Source: Catajapyx aquilonaris
Lineage: Eukaryota
DNA length: 27,874 nucleotides
Reading direction: 5' to 3'
Assembly (NCBI GenBank): GCA_000934665.2
Contig: JYFJ02004390.1
Location: 62,001 to 89,874 of the forward strand
Below, one piece after another: positions 1-12,688 of the stretch; positions within the stretch are counted from its first letter, which is position 1; each line of letters opens with the position of its first letter. A program made the position numbers and the translations under genes. The notes below the pieces were generated by a model, which was given only the letters and a program-made list of their open reading frames with translations, was not told where the DNA came from and searched no databases.

Positions 1-271
1 ATGTTTCACTACGTAAAAAAGACTAGGGAGGTCAGAATAGCTTCAGCAGAGATACTGGAGAGAAGGAAGAGAGAAGCGGGGCCTACAGAAGAGTAGTGGC
101 AGTCTAAGGAGAGCATGGCAAGATCAGGAGGTATGGTGATCAACCTGAAGTGGTGTCTCATAGTAAGGGAGCCGCCAAATATGGGGAAAATATAGGGGAG
201 GAATTAATATATTTTGAATGTGTATCTTGTTAAAAATAATGACATGCTATTATGAAACAGAGGCTAAAATA

Positions 272-1288
272 CAGGGTGGACGTAAAGTTTCGGACCCCCC
301 CCCCCNACCCCCCCAGGTTTTTTAACCCTACTTTTCACAGAGTCTTTTCAGATCTTTTAAAAGTCCACAAGCAGTTCTAATGTACACTATATTTTGAAAC
401 ATAATCTTGAGAACATCTGAGCACCTTCGCTCTCGCAATTTCATTAATACCTTCGCCTCTGGGACTCATCTAAACATCCTATCTGTTTTGCGTTTATTTT
501 GCTTGTTGCCTTGGAGGACACCTGGTCATATTCTGCGTCAGATAGGGTTTTTATGACCCTTTTCCATTAGTTCCCCTTCATGCAAATGTTGTGAACTCAC
601 TCCTGACCTTATTTTTCGCATTGGTCCATAACCTGGTCCAATAAAAATTTGAAAAGGAATGCATGAAATGGCGGACCCGGATGCATTACTTTCGAATTCT
701 CACATTGGTACCATCACATTTGTTTCCATTTTTACTTTAAAATAATTTTTTGGTGCGAAAGGACGTGAACGAAAGGATGTGTCATGTTGATTAATTTACC
801 AAGGTAGGACTGTTTACTGTCCTTTCCCACCAAAAAATTATTTGAAAGCAAAAATGGAGACAAATGTGATGGTACCAATTCGAAAGTAATGCATCCGGGT
901 CCGCCATTTCATGCATTCCTTTTCAAATTTTTATTGGACCAGGTTATGGACCAATGCGAAAAATAAGGTCAGGAGTGAGTTCACAACATTTGCATGAAGG
1001 GGAACTCATGGAAAAGGGTCATAAAAACATTATCTGACGCAGAATATGACCAGGTGTCCTCCAAGGCAACAAGCAAAATAAACGCAAAACAGATAGGATG
1101 TTTAGATGAGTCACAGAGGCGAAGTTATTAATGGAATTGCGAGAGCGAAGGTGCTCAGATGTTCTCAAGATTATGCTTCAAAAGATAGTCTACATTAGAA
1201 CTGCTTGTGGACTTTTAAAAGATGTGAAAAGACGCTGTGAAAAGTAGGGTAAAAAACCTGGGGGGTCCGAAACTTTCCGTCCACCCTG
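272..1288. mobile_element. ~1-kb near-perfect palindromic (foldback) MITE, Tc1/mariner-type CAGGGTG termini
   Basis: 272-~770 is the reverse complement of ~812-1288 with scattered mismatches; spacer ~40 bp. Ends CAGGGTGGACG...CGTCCACCCTG. TA on the left (270-271), TG on the right (probably a mutated TA). Confidence 0.92.
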
Positions 1289-3367
1289 TGTAATAGCCGT
1301 AGAGTGGCATTGACGTCATCGGCATTTTCATTGCTGCCTATTGCTCTCATATCTTTAGGCTATTAGATATTAGATTCATTATTCATTATGATGAGCTCAT
1401 AATTATACAACCTGACTCCGGCAGTAAGACATTTTTGTAATCCTGTTATTTTGGTATCCCTTATTTTCCCAGTGTTTAATTTGCATTCATAGAGGAAGGC
1501 GAGCTAGCTGATATGCTGATCAGAGTTATAACTACATTGCAAATATTTAGGGAAATAGTCTGACGAAAAAAGCGCCTTCTCACACCGAGTCTTGCACCAG
1601 AGTTAAACCTGTCCCTGAAGGACCCTGGATACAGCGGAAACTTCAGGAGGATTTGCAATATATTTATGTCACACATTAGGAAGACCTATCCAGTAATAAA
1701 ATATTTTCTTGGAACGAAACAAATGATATAGGTTCCACTGTAGTAATAATCAACATCCCAATGTTTTTTTTTTTTTTAATTGGTAGAGTGCTGCTAGTTG
1801 AATAACGTCAGAATACGTTTGGCCGAGGTTTTAAAATATATATAGAGTAGGCTACCGTATATATTTTGCACAGTGGCGATTTATTTTTATTTACTGTTCA
1901 TTTTAAAAAATCGTTTATACTACCACCACTTCATAAGAGCAATTTTATCGAACAGCTCATTTTAAAATGTTAAGTGCTCCTGTCGCCTTCAGTATTGAGT
2001 TCACAAGTTGATCGCTGCTGAGAAATCATTGGTTACCATTCAGCTCCAGCAAGCAGAAAGGTTTGTGGCCAACATCACCTGCACTGCATTATACTGCAAT
2101 CGACTCCAAAAGAGTTCTAACAGACTAGTGTCTCGATCTGCACTACAAATGTCATCCATTATACAACATTCAAGATGAAATAATCCTCTCCTGTAACTGC
2201 CAATGACACTTTTTGAGATCCCCCCCCCCCCTGAATGACATTGCCGCAGGACAAAACACGAGCATTCTTGAAGGCTACGCGAATAAGTGACATCCTGAAT
2301 AATTAAATGATCTAAGCAATAATGTATTCAACGCACTCTGGCAACTCGAGCTCATCTCTCCCAGGGGCATAACGCATCTGCAAATGGCGCACGAATCTAT
2401 ATACCTACCTACACAGCAAGGTTGTGGGGGAGGGGAAGGGGGATACATGTACTGGTTCCTGCAATGACATCGGGGACGCGTAGTCACCGGAGTTTTCCCG
2501 GAGGGCCCAGCCATACAGCCAAGGCCTCTTCCTTTCGCGTCCAATGCAGGTCGCGACTGCGGCTTAGTCCTATACCCTGGTAATGCTGCAACATGGCTCC
2601 GCTAATTACACTGGGTAGGTGGGTTTGGAACTGGCAGAGAAGACGTAGGCGGAACTGCATCGATACAGAGGAGAAGGGTTAGGTTGAGATGTGTGCGGGA
2701 AGGTAATCTGGGTCTCGTCAGCTGATGGATGAGGGTTGCTAAGGGCTAATTGTCTGGCAGGCTTCTCTTGCAAGGAGGGAAAAAAAGAGACAAGGTGCAA
2801 TGCGGCTTTCCCCAAATGAGGCTTTCTTTTCTACCTTGTTTTTTTGGGGGTTGGGGGAGGATGACTTGCCGCAATAATGTGACTTATTAATAAATATGGA
2901 TGTGTGATGAGTAGAACATTTTGGAAGCCTCATTTATAAAATGTACAGTAGCTCACCGGTTTATCTGCAATCCACTCCGGACAACACATGACTATATGAG
3001 ACGCAGAATAGTCATATGTCCCATATTTGACACAAGGTACTGTATATACAGTATTACCTCGGAAATTATTATGTGCAAGGCATGACAACTAGACTTTCTG
3101 AGCATCCAATTGCCCTATGTTATCGGGCTGGGTTGCCTGGAGTGGGTTGTATAGTATGTGGGAGTTGCCTTTTAACAAAAGAAAAGCTGGAATATATACA
3201 CTCTTAATTGGATATATGCAAGATACAACATCTTCCAATTTTACCTGTACCCATGCAAGTATCATATATATGCAAAAGTAGCATTAAGATGTAATTCAAC
3301 AATGGCTAGGAGAATTTTTGCTAATAATGAATACCCAAATGTGCATAATATTGGCAGAAAAATTATA

Positions 3368-3647
3368 CCTCAAAATTCAGCTCATTATCTCCAACCCTAA
3401 CGCAATAAAACTTCCGCAACAACCGCTTGTTTTTGCAATTTTTTTTCTCTCTCCGGAGGTATGGCACGTATGGGAGGCAGTATGGGCCAGAGTAGGGGTG
3501 CCAGACGTCCCGCTTATTATGTACCCAGTTCATACCGCATCTCCCTGCATGCCATCATACTTCGTGATTTTTGTTTTCAAAAATAAGCTTATAGTGTTGC
3601 TGAAATTTACACTTTAAGGACTCGAGATAATTAGTGGCATTTTGAGG
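3368..3647. mobile_element. Old, diverged inverted-repeat element (MITE remnant)
   Basis: CCTCAAAATTCAGCTCATTATCTC (3368) pairs imperfectly with GAGATAATTAGTGGCATTTTGAGG (3624-3647), and weak pairing continues inward. No clear TSD. Confidence 0.45.
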
Positions 3648-5061
3648 AACACTGCCCTTCATTTTTAGGGGCGTACTGAATATATTTAACGAAGAGTAGG
3701 CCAAGCAATTTTTTTACGGTATAAATTAATACAAGTATCTACTGATAGGTCGACACCGCCGAAATGAAGAATGATTGACGAGCTAATAATAATCAACATG
3801 ACAGCGTGATGATCAAATCTCTCCGCCTCCTTTGAAGTTATCCTATAGCTTAATATAGCAAAATCCCGTTTCTGAGCCAGTGTCAGGTCCATTATCCGCT
3901 GATCCAGTGCAGGTCATTGCAGTCTGGTCCACTCGACCCCTTCCATGCCTGATCACATCCAAAACTTGAAGTGGGACATAGCCATTTCCCGGACCGGACT
4001 TTGTCATCTGTACAAGAGTTCCACCTCGACCCTGCACTAAAAACATGGCTGATGATGGTACAAATCCAGCTTCCGGATAACCCTTCTTCTGTCAGCGCCA
4101 GATTTGGCCAAGGCCCATTCAAGTTGTCCCGCCAACCGGGGAAGAGTTACCGTCCACTTGTATCAGGGGGAACTATGATGCTGATTGTCCTGGACATGTA
4201 TATTTCTTCGAGGGTCCGTACAAGGGCATGGAGAAGATTTATTGGAGAAACTTGAGGTTGTTTTCAAATGGTGAATGGCTTGATCACACCAGACATGAAT
4301 AAATCGGAAGACCTGTCATAATATATCGCCTTTATTGGTATTTAATATAGTAACGTGTGAATTTGTACTCACGTATGATTTAGGTCATGCTGTGACGTTA
4401 GGGATAAAAGTGAGACACTATTTTCAGTCCTACGCTATAGCTACTGCAGTATTAATTTTTCACATAAATTATGGAAGAGAGAAGACGTACATTGCAAAGT
4501 AGATGCAAGTAAACTCTGCTGATTTTTGGAATAAGGGCTGTTAAAACACTGTCTACATTCACTAATAATATTCAGGCTAGAGACACAGTGTTGGGGCTAA
4601 TGTTGCTGTAGACTTGTACAAGGTACACCGTCAATTGCTTTTTAAACAAATCTCCATGACATTGGTTTCGAGGCTTGTGAGCAGCATGCACTGGATTTTA
4701 CTTTATCAAATGCTTTTACTGTTCCGTTATTACAACGAACAAAAGTCCACGTAAAACATGGAACCGCATGAAACCACAAGACAAATGGAATTGACTATAG
4801 GCGGATTGAAATTAACTGTCCTCTTTGAAAAGGAATACAAGCATGTGTCGCTGACACCGAACAATAAGGTTATTCAGTAACTTCGCATTGCATTTTTAGT
4901 TTATTTGCCATGATTGGCTTTACAGTTTACTGATATTAATGTTCTTCTACACATACTGCGCATAATAGAGGCAGATTCAATATTAAAGTCAGGTCCTACT
5001 CTCTTCAAACATACGCGTATTGTGCCAGCGAGAGATTTTTTACCCCCAAAATTGTCAGAAA

Positions 5062-5088
5062 CAACAACAGCAGCAGCAGCAGCAGATC

Positions 5089-5142
<54 letters not shown>
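5062..5142. repeat. Compound microsatellite: (CAA)2(CAG)6 then (TAA)18
   Basis: Read directly; the (TAA)n at 5089-5142 is probably the LINE 3' tail. Confidence 0.97.
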
Positions 5143-5143
<1 letters not shown>

Positions 5144-5750
5144 TTCTCTATATACAATGTGCGCGCAGTATTTGGAAAGACCATCCCCCTCCAAAACTTA
5201 CATGGCAATATCGCACAGTTGTAGCTTTTTTTTACTGCATACAAGAAGAATGACATAAGGAAAAGGCCTTTATTGTAGACATATCTATAAACAAAGTATA
5301 GACATCATCTGGTGGAACCCTCAGAAAATCTTTTATTCACTCACGAGCTTCTTGGTAGAAATCACACTCAAACAGGATATGAAAAAGAGAACAACAAACC
5401 ATATTGTTACATAAGGAACATATTTCTTCTTTGTCAATTTTCATACCGTATCCTTGAATGTAGAGAACTCTAGAGTTGTTCCTTAAATTTATTATTAATC
5501 GTGTTAACTTTAATGGCATCCCCTGGTGCAAATACCTTTCCTGTAGATATCCATTAGAAATGTTAAAATAATGCTTATAGGCTCGTGTGTTAACTATAAT
5601 ACCACTCGGTCCGCTTCAAGTGTTTTATCCACAAAAGTTGTAATTAGTTTATTTACATCGATATTTTCATAGTTTGTCAACCAAAATTTCTATGATATTC
5701 CAGCATTTATTAATAGATATTCTGCAAAGGTATACCAATCTCGACTCTTT
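5089..5750 (-). mobile_element. 5'-truncated, degenerate non-LTR retrotransposon 3' end (ORF2 C-terminal CCHC knuckle; RTE-X/I-like)
   Basis: ORF 5337..5531 encodes ICSLCNNMVCCSLFHILFECDFYQEAR, the C-x2-C...H-x4-C-x2-Y-x3-R knuckle typical of LINE ORF2 C-termini. It is preceded by SYKHY...QERYL, has stops and frameshifts, and ends in an (ATT)n tail on the minus strand. Confidence 0.78.
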
Positions 5751-5753
5751 CTT

Positions 5754-5758
<5 letters not shown>

Positions 5759-5788
<30 letters not shown>

Positions 5789-5789
5789 N

Positions 5790-5841
<52 letters not shown>
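5759..5841. repeat. (CT)n microsatellite (contains an N)
   Basis: Read directly. Confidence 0.97.
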
Positions 5842-5846
<5 letters not shown>

Positions 5847-6067
5847 ACGTATATTCAAAACCTCGTCTAATTATGCTATCCCCTGGTTCTCTCATTATTT
5901 TTCAAAGAAACATCAGTAGTTTTTTGAAAATTTGCATCGAAATTGGTCTACGTCCTGTTTCATATCTCAGAAAACAGCCAGCGCTATAGATCGGGGCAAG
6001 TATTTAAAAAATCAAGAAAAAGGTTTGGACACTATCTACGTATATCCTGCTTCCTGCAGTAGTCCTG

Positions 6068-6097
6068 TAGTAGTAGTAGTAGTAGTAGTGTAGTAGT
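6068..6097. repeat. (TAG)n microsatellite
   Basis: Read directly. Confidence 0.9.
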
Positions 6098-8339
6098 GAT
6101 TCGGATTGGATATAAATTGGAACTTTTGAATGTCCACGGGGCTGACTGGGAGGGGATGGGCAGGGTGCAAGTTCAAGTAACTTAGTCTATGATATGCGGT
6201 CATTTTGTGAGTTTCCCTGTTGGATTAGTGTAGCGGAGATTCCGCCCGAGACAGGTCTTTATACCGGTAGTCTACTGTTTTGTTAACATTTTTTTTTTGC
6301 ATTTGAATTATATATTTTAAATATGACATGTCGTAAGTGAAATTCATTTAATATCTATTGCCGTCATATTGGTCACATAATATATTTATAAATACTCTAC
6401 GTAGCCTATATATACTTCACCAATTGCATTAAATTACTCACTGTAGCCAACTGAAGTGTGACTGCACCAAATGAGAGAAAAGGCATAAAAACCTAGCACA
6501 ATATATTATTCGAAAATGGGGAGAGAAAATTTTGTAGGCCTATATAATTATTGTCCATATGTAAATATTGTATCAGCATCGAGGCAAAAGTGCATACCGG
6601 TATGTCAGCACATTCCTTACTAGTGGAATGGAAAGTACGAAGAGGAAAAGATGTGCATATAGTACAGAACTAATGAAATTAATTAAAGGATGAAAATATG
6701 GCGGTGGAAGGAAATGTACGCAGTACGTAACCATCACGGTCAAAATGATGATCCATGTCTATAAATTACTAACGAGTTCATACAACCAGACCGGAGTAAG
6801 ATTACTTAATATGTAAAACTTCATCCACTCTCTAGCCAATGATTCACCATTGATGTGACAACTGATCAAATTGTATTAAAAATAGACTGGATTTACTCTA
6901 GCACTTATTAAAATGCAGGAAAATAATTTTTGGATGGGTATTTTCAGTACAAACATGCGCAAATTATGCCTGAAGGTAGCATATGAGATGGATATGGACG
7001 TGTATTGCTATAAACACCTTATCCAGATTCTACAGTACATTGGGTTTTTTAAAAATCAATAGAGAACGCAGGTACGCCTACATGCCCGTTTTTTTGCAGA
7101 CATCCCTGTTTGACAATTCCAAATTCAGTTTTCAATCATTGCGGAAATGTTCTCAAGTATCTATATTATTAATACCCTACTGTGATGGCGATTCCTCCCG
7201 CTGTGTACGGCCTACAGCATTGGAAGTGATGTCAAAGTTTAGCCCGCGTGTCCTATATTTGCAATAAACTTTGGTTTTTTGGAAATAGTGCCCAGGTAAT
7301 TTATAAATCGCAAAAAAATGCCGACCGCCTTTAAAAAACCAACCACCACGGAGTTCCCACGTTCCGGCCGCGGGCGATACCTCTGTACCGTCTTACTTCG
7401 GTACTTCGCCGTCGGATGTCGCTGCCTGGTCCGCGTCTCTCTCTCTCTCTCTCCCCCCCCCTCTCTCCACTTTGGCAATTTTACCTAATTTATTTGCCAA
7501 ATTTTTGCAAGTTGGTGCCTAGTGAATATTTTATATTCCACATGCTCCATACGTAAGTAGTTGGCCAGTATAGTTTTGTTGTTTGACTATAGTCGCTATA
7601 GTCTAGAATATGCACCAGAATTAATATTGTATGGGCTACTGTGCAAGAGGAAGGCCAGTCATAGGAAGCAATAGTTACAATTTTCATCGAAATTGTATTT
7701 GAATATAAAAGATTAAATCAAATATAAAATATTAAATCAAAATGCATTAATTGTTACAATTTTGTAAATTTTAGACTAATTTGAGGCTGCTTTTGTGTTA
7801 TAAAAATTCAGGCACCGTTTTGTCTACTAATCGCTATAGGCTTGCGTCGAACTTTATATTCCGTAATGTGTCACAGCACTTCGGCGTAATTCTACATAGG
7901 CGCTATAACCTGGCTATAACCTTCCGTGACCCAGACTAGTAAATAGATAAAACGCCCTTGCTTGACTTATTTATCCTCCGTTCCAATGTTCTAACAGCAA
8001 AAATAGGGAGAAACGCACCACCTCACACGCTCGCCCAACTCTGACACGAACCGAAGACAAAGCGTAATTAAAATGGTAACCGACCTGCCCAGAACCTTCA
8101 AACACCCACCCAAAAAAATCCGCAGTAACAAAAGCAGGCCTTTATTACTTGATTAGTTTTGTGGTCAGTACGCAAATGTTGCACGTAACTGGCGTCAGTC
8201 GGTGAAAGAAGTGCAATCAGCACCCCCTTTTCCCTCCCCGTGGCCAACACCCCCCTTGCAGTAGCCAGTATGCGACCGGGTTTTAATTCCCCCACCACTC
8301 GCTCCCCCATTCTGGTCACCTACGGCGCTTTCCACCTCG

Positions 8340-10110
8340 ACAGCAGGACATAAAACGGTTTTGAAAGCGTCATGATCGAAGCTCTTGCAATTCGGCCGCT
8401 GCACTTGTCCCCTGGCGAGCAAAAAGAGGGTGAGGGTGCGAGTGAGGACAGGTGTTGCATACGACAAACACCGGTTGTGCAGGTGCAACTTGTGCTAATG
8501 CGAGCTTTTTTCGCGGGAGTTAGGAGATAATCTAAAGGGCGCGCACTTTTTTTTCAAAAAAAAACAAAAAAAAGGCGGGAAAAAATTGGAAAGGGGAGCA
8601 GAAAAAGTAATACTTTCGATTTATGGCGGTTCGCACGAATGCCCTCGACCGGATGTAAACTGCCATCACAACTTCCACCTGCAGATGATGAATTTTCTCC
8701 TCTGGCCGTTTGATTGAACTTAGTTGTGAGCGGTCTCCGTGACGAAGTGTCTGGAAACTGGTTGTGAGCAAAAGTGGTGGAAAAAAGGTTAGGGTGGAAA
8801 CGTATGACCTGCTTCCGTTCTGTCGGCTTCATTTAGTAGCGCTTGGAACAGAGACATGGCGGGACCTTGTGTGCGGAGGAAACGTGGCTGTAAATATCCC
8901 GGATAAATATCAACAATATAAATGGCGTCGGCTGGTGATAATGTCCATTACACGCGTCGCTTCTACAATGATCGCCAAGAGCACGGAACGAATGTTGAAT
9001 CGTGAAGAGGCGCATTCGTCATTCGTACACCCCCGCCACTCCCCATAAAAGTAATGGGATGGTGGCATTTTACATAGTAATTGAAAAGCTGCCTTTAGTA
9101 GCCCGAGTCTTTACCGTTGCTGTGAGGCCGTTAGGTAGTCAATGGGTTGATGAGTCGCATCTGTCATTTGGGTGGGAGGTGCGCGCGGGAAAGCGGCATT
9201 AAAATTGAAAGCCAGGAGAAAGGTAATTAAACAAGTAGCTGGAGGAGAATGGTGAACGAGGCGCGTGCGTTAAATCGGGGGCCCAGGTTGAGAATGGGCC
9301 CACATACACCCCTTTTGCGTGGTCAAACTCCGGGGGTAAGGATCCAAATGATCCTCTTGTGGCCTCCGCTCGTTCCACTTTTCTTTCCAACTATTTTCGC
9401 CATCCTCAATCCTTTACTCCCCAAAACTTCTGTCCCTAGAACCTAGACCACGACAAGTCCTCTCCATCATTCGGTCTCAAATGCGAAAACTTTCTCTCCA
9501 CTTTCTTCCTGACTTGGCGATGAATATGATCTTTGTCAGGGGAGGTCGCGAGGAGAGATGGCCAATATATGTGGGGTTGGGGGGTAGGGGTGGTGCAGGA
9601 GGATGGGGGGGGGGAGGTAGGGGGCAGGAAAACGACAGGGATATTGCTCCAAGTAAAGCTGTTGGAGGATTTTTGCCTCCCGTATTCTATTATGGGCTTC
9701 CGACCCTTCTCTGCGCTTCTTCCTCGGCTTACACCCAGGAGACCGGACGGATGAAAAAGATCTGCCTTGTTGAGCCGCTTTGGGATGCTTTCCACAGGAC
9801 CAAATGGCCACTGGTCAATTTTTGCACTTGGCTCCAGATGATTGGAAAGGGATGCAACGTGGGGGAAAATTCTCACTACAGACTCCCAATACTGGAAATG
9901 CCGTAAAAGAAGGCGGCAAGATGGCAAAGCTGGATTTTATAGTATTGAGGCTCGTGCTGTCGACACGACAGATCCGGCCGGTAAGGCCAAAGGTGACAAA
10001 GAACTATTCTTGTCAGATAGTCTATTATTTGAGAATTACTGGTTACGTAGTCATGACAAGAGCATAGGAGGGCTGCGCTGAAAGTTTGTGTCAAGAATGA
10101 ACTGGTATGA
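8340..10110 (+). pseudogene. Heavily degraded hATm-like (hAT-related) DDE transposase
   Basis: Collinear motifs across shifting frames: AYD/NTGCAGA (8457-8487), CHH (8661), YDLLPFCRLHLVALG (8803), FLHLAPDDW/ERDATW (9819-9862), GNAVKEGGKMA (~9894), QEHRRAALKVCVKNELV* (10057-10110). They match recalled hATm motifs FDTTASNTG..GAC, CRHH, Y.ELL.L...FLG, FL...P..W..D..Y, ND.AERGVK and EHRK. No TIRs found. Confidence 0.55.
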
Positions 10111-11062
10111 GCTGAATGCACGACACTTTTTACTGCGAAGAAAAGGCAGTAGGCTACTTTATGACTTCAGCAGTTACTTTGCTTGTACTTTGTAACTACA
10201 TGACTGTAGACCTATTCAACCGTAAATGTGTGTTACTTTCAAAACAATTAATGCAATAATATTCTGATAATAAAGACAAATTAATATCTCTGAACCTAAC
10301 ACATACTACATGCCTCCTGTGCACGTGTACTGGTGTACAGAACATGACAAAATAAGGTATGCTGCGGAAGATATTGCTCTTTTTCTCCGTTTCGCTGAGT
10401 TTTTAACAGACCATTAAGAAGGTTGGAGGAACGGTAAAAACGACTTTACAGCTCTCCCAACCACCAGGCCTACTGAGTAATTTTACTGACCATTTGTCGG
10501 AGAGCCAATGATCAACATCATGTCGCGGTTGCACCAGTCTCCGATCGAGTCACCTAGTCAGGTACTTCATCGGTTTGTTTATTTTTAAAATCATCACTTG
10601 GTTGAAAGTTGTATCGTCGCCTATAAAAATAGTGTAATTTATTATTATGTGCATTGCCAAGATGGACTACCCACTACCGCTTATTTTTGCAAATCAGTTA
10701 GCTGTAGGATATAATTACATTGAACGGGCTATGATTCCCGTTGGCACTTGGCTAGTGCATTTAAAGTATGTTATAAATTAATCAGGCTTATTTTAATGTT
10801 AAAATGAATCTGTTATAATACTTTCATAGTTATTAATGACGTAATGGCTCTGGTGACACCCAAAGCTGTAGGCGCAGGGACTACTATAGGTATAATAAAC
10901 ATGGCGTATTTTAATGGTTATGGAGTGATGGAATTGATGATTGAAGATTGAGAAAGAGGGAATTGCAGCATAATTACATTGCCCGGAATAATTCCGTCTT
11001 TGGCAAAGAAGTGACGAACTATAGACTACCTGAGGTTACTACTTACCACTATACTCCTATAA

Positions 11063-11387
11063 TAATAATTAATAAATAATTATTGTGGGGTATAGTGCTC
11101 ACCTTAGCGGTATCAGCACAGACCTTTTTGTACAGTACATTGTGACACGCCCGGGCCCACGGGCAGGATGACAGGAGGGGATGTGCAAGGTGCAGTGCAA
11201 TGTCGTAGCTGTGGTCATTTTGTGAACTCCCCCGGGTGGTTTGTCTTAACGGAAATACCACCTTAGACGAAGCCAGAGACGACCACTTAACTCTGCACGA
11301 GATGAAGGGGGTGTCCCCGGGCTGGGATCGAACCCGGGACCTTAACATCCATGGGCGCGTGCGTTACAGCAACACCACTCCGCCTCC
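11063..11387 (-). mobile_element. Full-length tRNA-derived SINE
   Basis: The minus strand begins GGGAGGCGGAGTGGTGTTGCTGTAACGC...GGTTCGATCCC (degenerate A box, good B box). It ends in a GTGCT...AGCAC stem-loop and an (ATT)-rich tail. Exact 14-bp TSD CTATACTCCTATAA at 11049-11062 and 11388-11401. Confidence 0.9.
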
Positions 11388-11620
11388 CTATACTCCTATA
11401 ACAAACCAGATTCCGGAGTTTACTGAATACATTCGTTCTTCCAAAAGTAGTGCTTCTAGTTAGCCTGATATGTAAACCCAAAAGGAACCGTAAAGTATTA
11501 AAAAGGGCTCCACATGATTTGAATGGAAGCACATCCTTGCGAGATGTTGAGCCCCAGCCTCCGGGCCCCTCGCCGGGCGCCCACTCATTCCAACCGCACC
11601 ACGCCACTTCCAGTTTCCCC

Positions 11621-11621
<1 letters not shown>

Positions 11622-11676
<55 letters not shown>
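11622..11676. repeat. (CT)n microsatellite
   Basis: Read directly. Confidence 0.97.
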
Positions 11677-11680
<4 letters not shown>

Positions 11681-12688
11681 CCCATCCACCCACCCGCCAC
11701 CCCCAACATTTCCGAATACTTGCCACTTTGCTTAAAAGCAAGGATCACGGGGGGAGGCCCTGCCGAGTTCTTAGTCCAGAGCGCCACTTGACTATGCAGG
11801 CTACGGCGTATAATAAGAGCCGAGTTTCCAACTGTAGTTAGTTTACCATATCTAGGAGAACCATAATAGAGGCGGGGAAGGAAAAGAGAGGCAGGCAAGG
11901 ATGATGGGAGGGGGTGGTAGCCGGACCCAAGTCTTCCTTGCTTCCAATTAACGTTGGGAGCAAGTCATTTAGTCTAATGGGAGATTCCCGCAGCGCCAAC
12001 TTGGGGCACTGGAGCAGAACCTTCTCCCTTGGCCTCTTTCAAGTCCCATCCCGTTAGTTGCGCCCAACGGCCACCCTCCAATGTGTTTCCATTTCCGAGT
12101 CATCCTCACTTCCCTTTGGAAACGTCCGAAGAGCTTCCTGAAATAAGCGACCGATACTCACAAGGAGGAGGAACGACGCCATCAACATGGCGATCCAGGA
12201 AGGGCATCCAACCAAATGAGTACACCAGGCATCCCACTGCATGGCGGCTGGGGCCTACTCATTCACACTAGTGCTCACGTAATCACGCTTGGACCCGGGT
12301 AATGCACTACCTGAGTACCCGGGGTGTCACAAATACAACCCCAGTCGTCGGGTATTGTGGATACCGGTAGCAAAACAGTCAGTTGATGGAAATTGCAGTG
12401 GGTACTGGGTACAAGGGTGATTGAAATGAAGATGATCCAGTCAATCGTGTTCTGACATTATGAATAAGTCCAATAACAATATAGGCTACTACTCTGAAAA
12501 TATAGAAAAGTGTCATCTAACCTTGGACCAAGTTTGATTACTATCAGAAAGACAGTTGGGTCAGTAAAAATTCAATAGCTAACCCCCACCAACCAATTTC
12601 TGGCCCGACCGCCAAAAGGGCGATGGCAGCTGGACCAAAGATTTAGGATGGTTCGGTACTGAAGCTGTTGGTGGAGGATGGCATAGAG

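Larger units (their letters stand above)
10851..12331 (-). mobile_element. Solo-LTR-like segment (~1.14 kb after removing the nested SINE)
   Basis: Short inverted termini TG(G)TGACACCC (10851) and GGGTGTCACA (12331), GC-rich non-coding body, ATTAAA near the 3' end on the minus strand. No TSD or PBS/PPT found. Confidence 0.38.

Noticed and set aside
1470..1700. Acceptor-like TTTTCCCCAG followed by coding-looking sequence
   Set aside because: Stops in all + frames and no recognisable motif.
4901..5919. Poly-Ile, poly-Leu, poly-RE and poly-SL ORFs
   Set aside because: Translations of (TAA)n and (CT)n microsatellites.
11315..11387. tRNA gene
   Set aside because: Has a B box but no clean cloverleaf, and continues into a SINE body with tail and TSD.
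11287..11898. 203-aa minus-strand ORF
   Set aside because: Runs through a (GA)n tract and the SINE head; no domain.
11141..12331. Alternative LTR bounded by TGTGACACGCCCGGG and CCCGGGGTGTCACA
   Set aside because: The left end lies inside a SINE defined by an exact 14-bp TSD, and there is no TSD of its own; the terminus at 10851 fits the nesting better.
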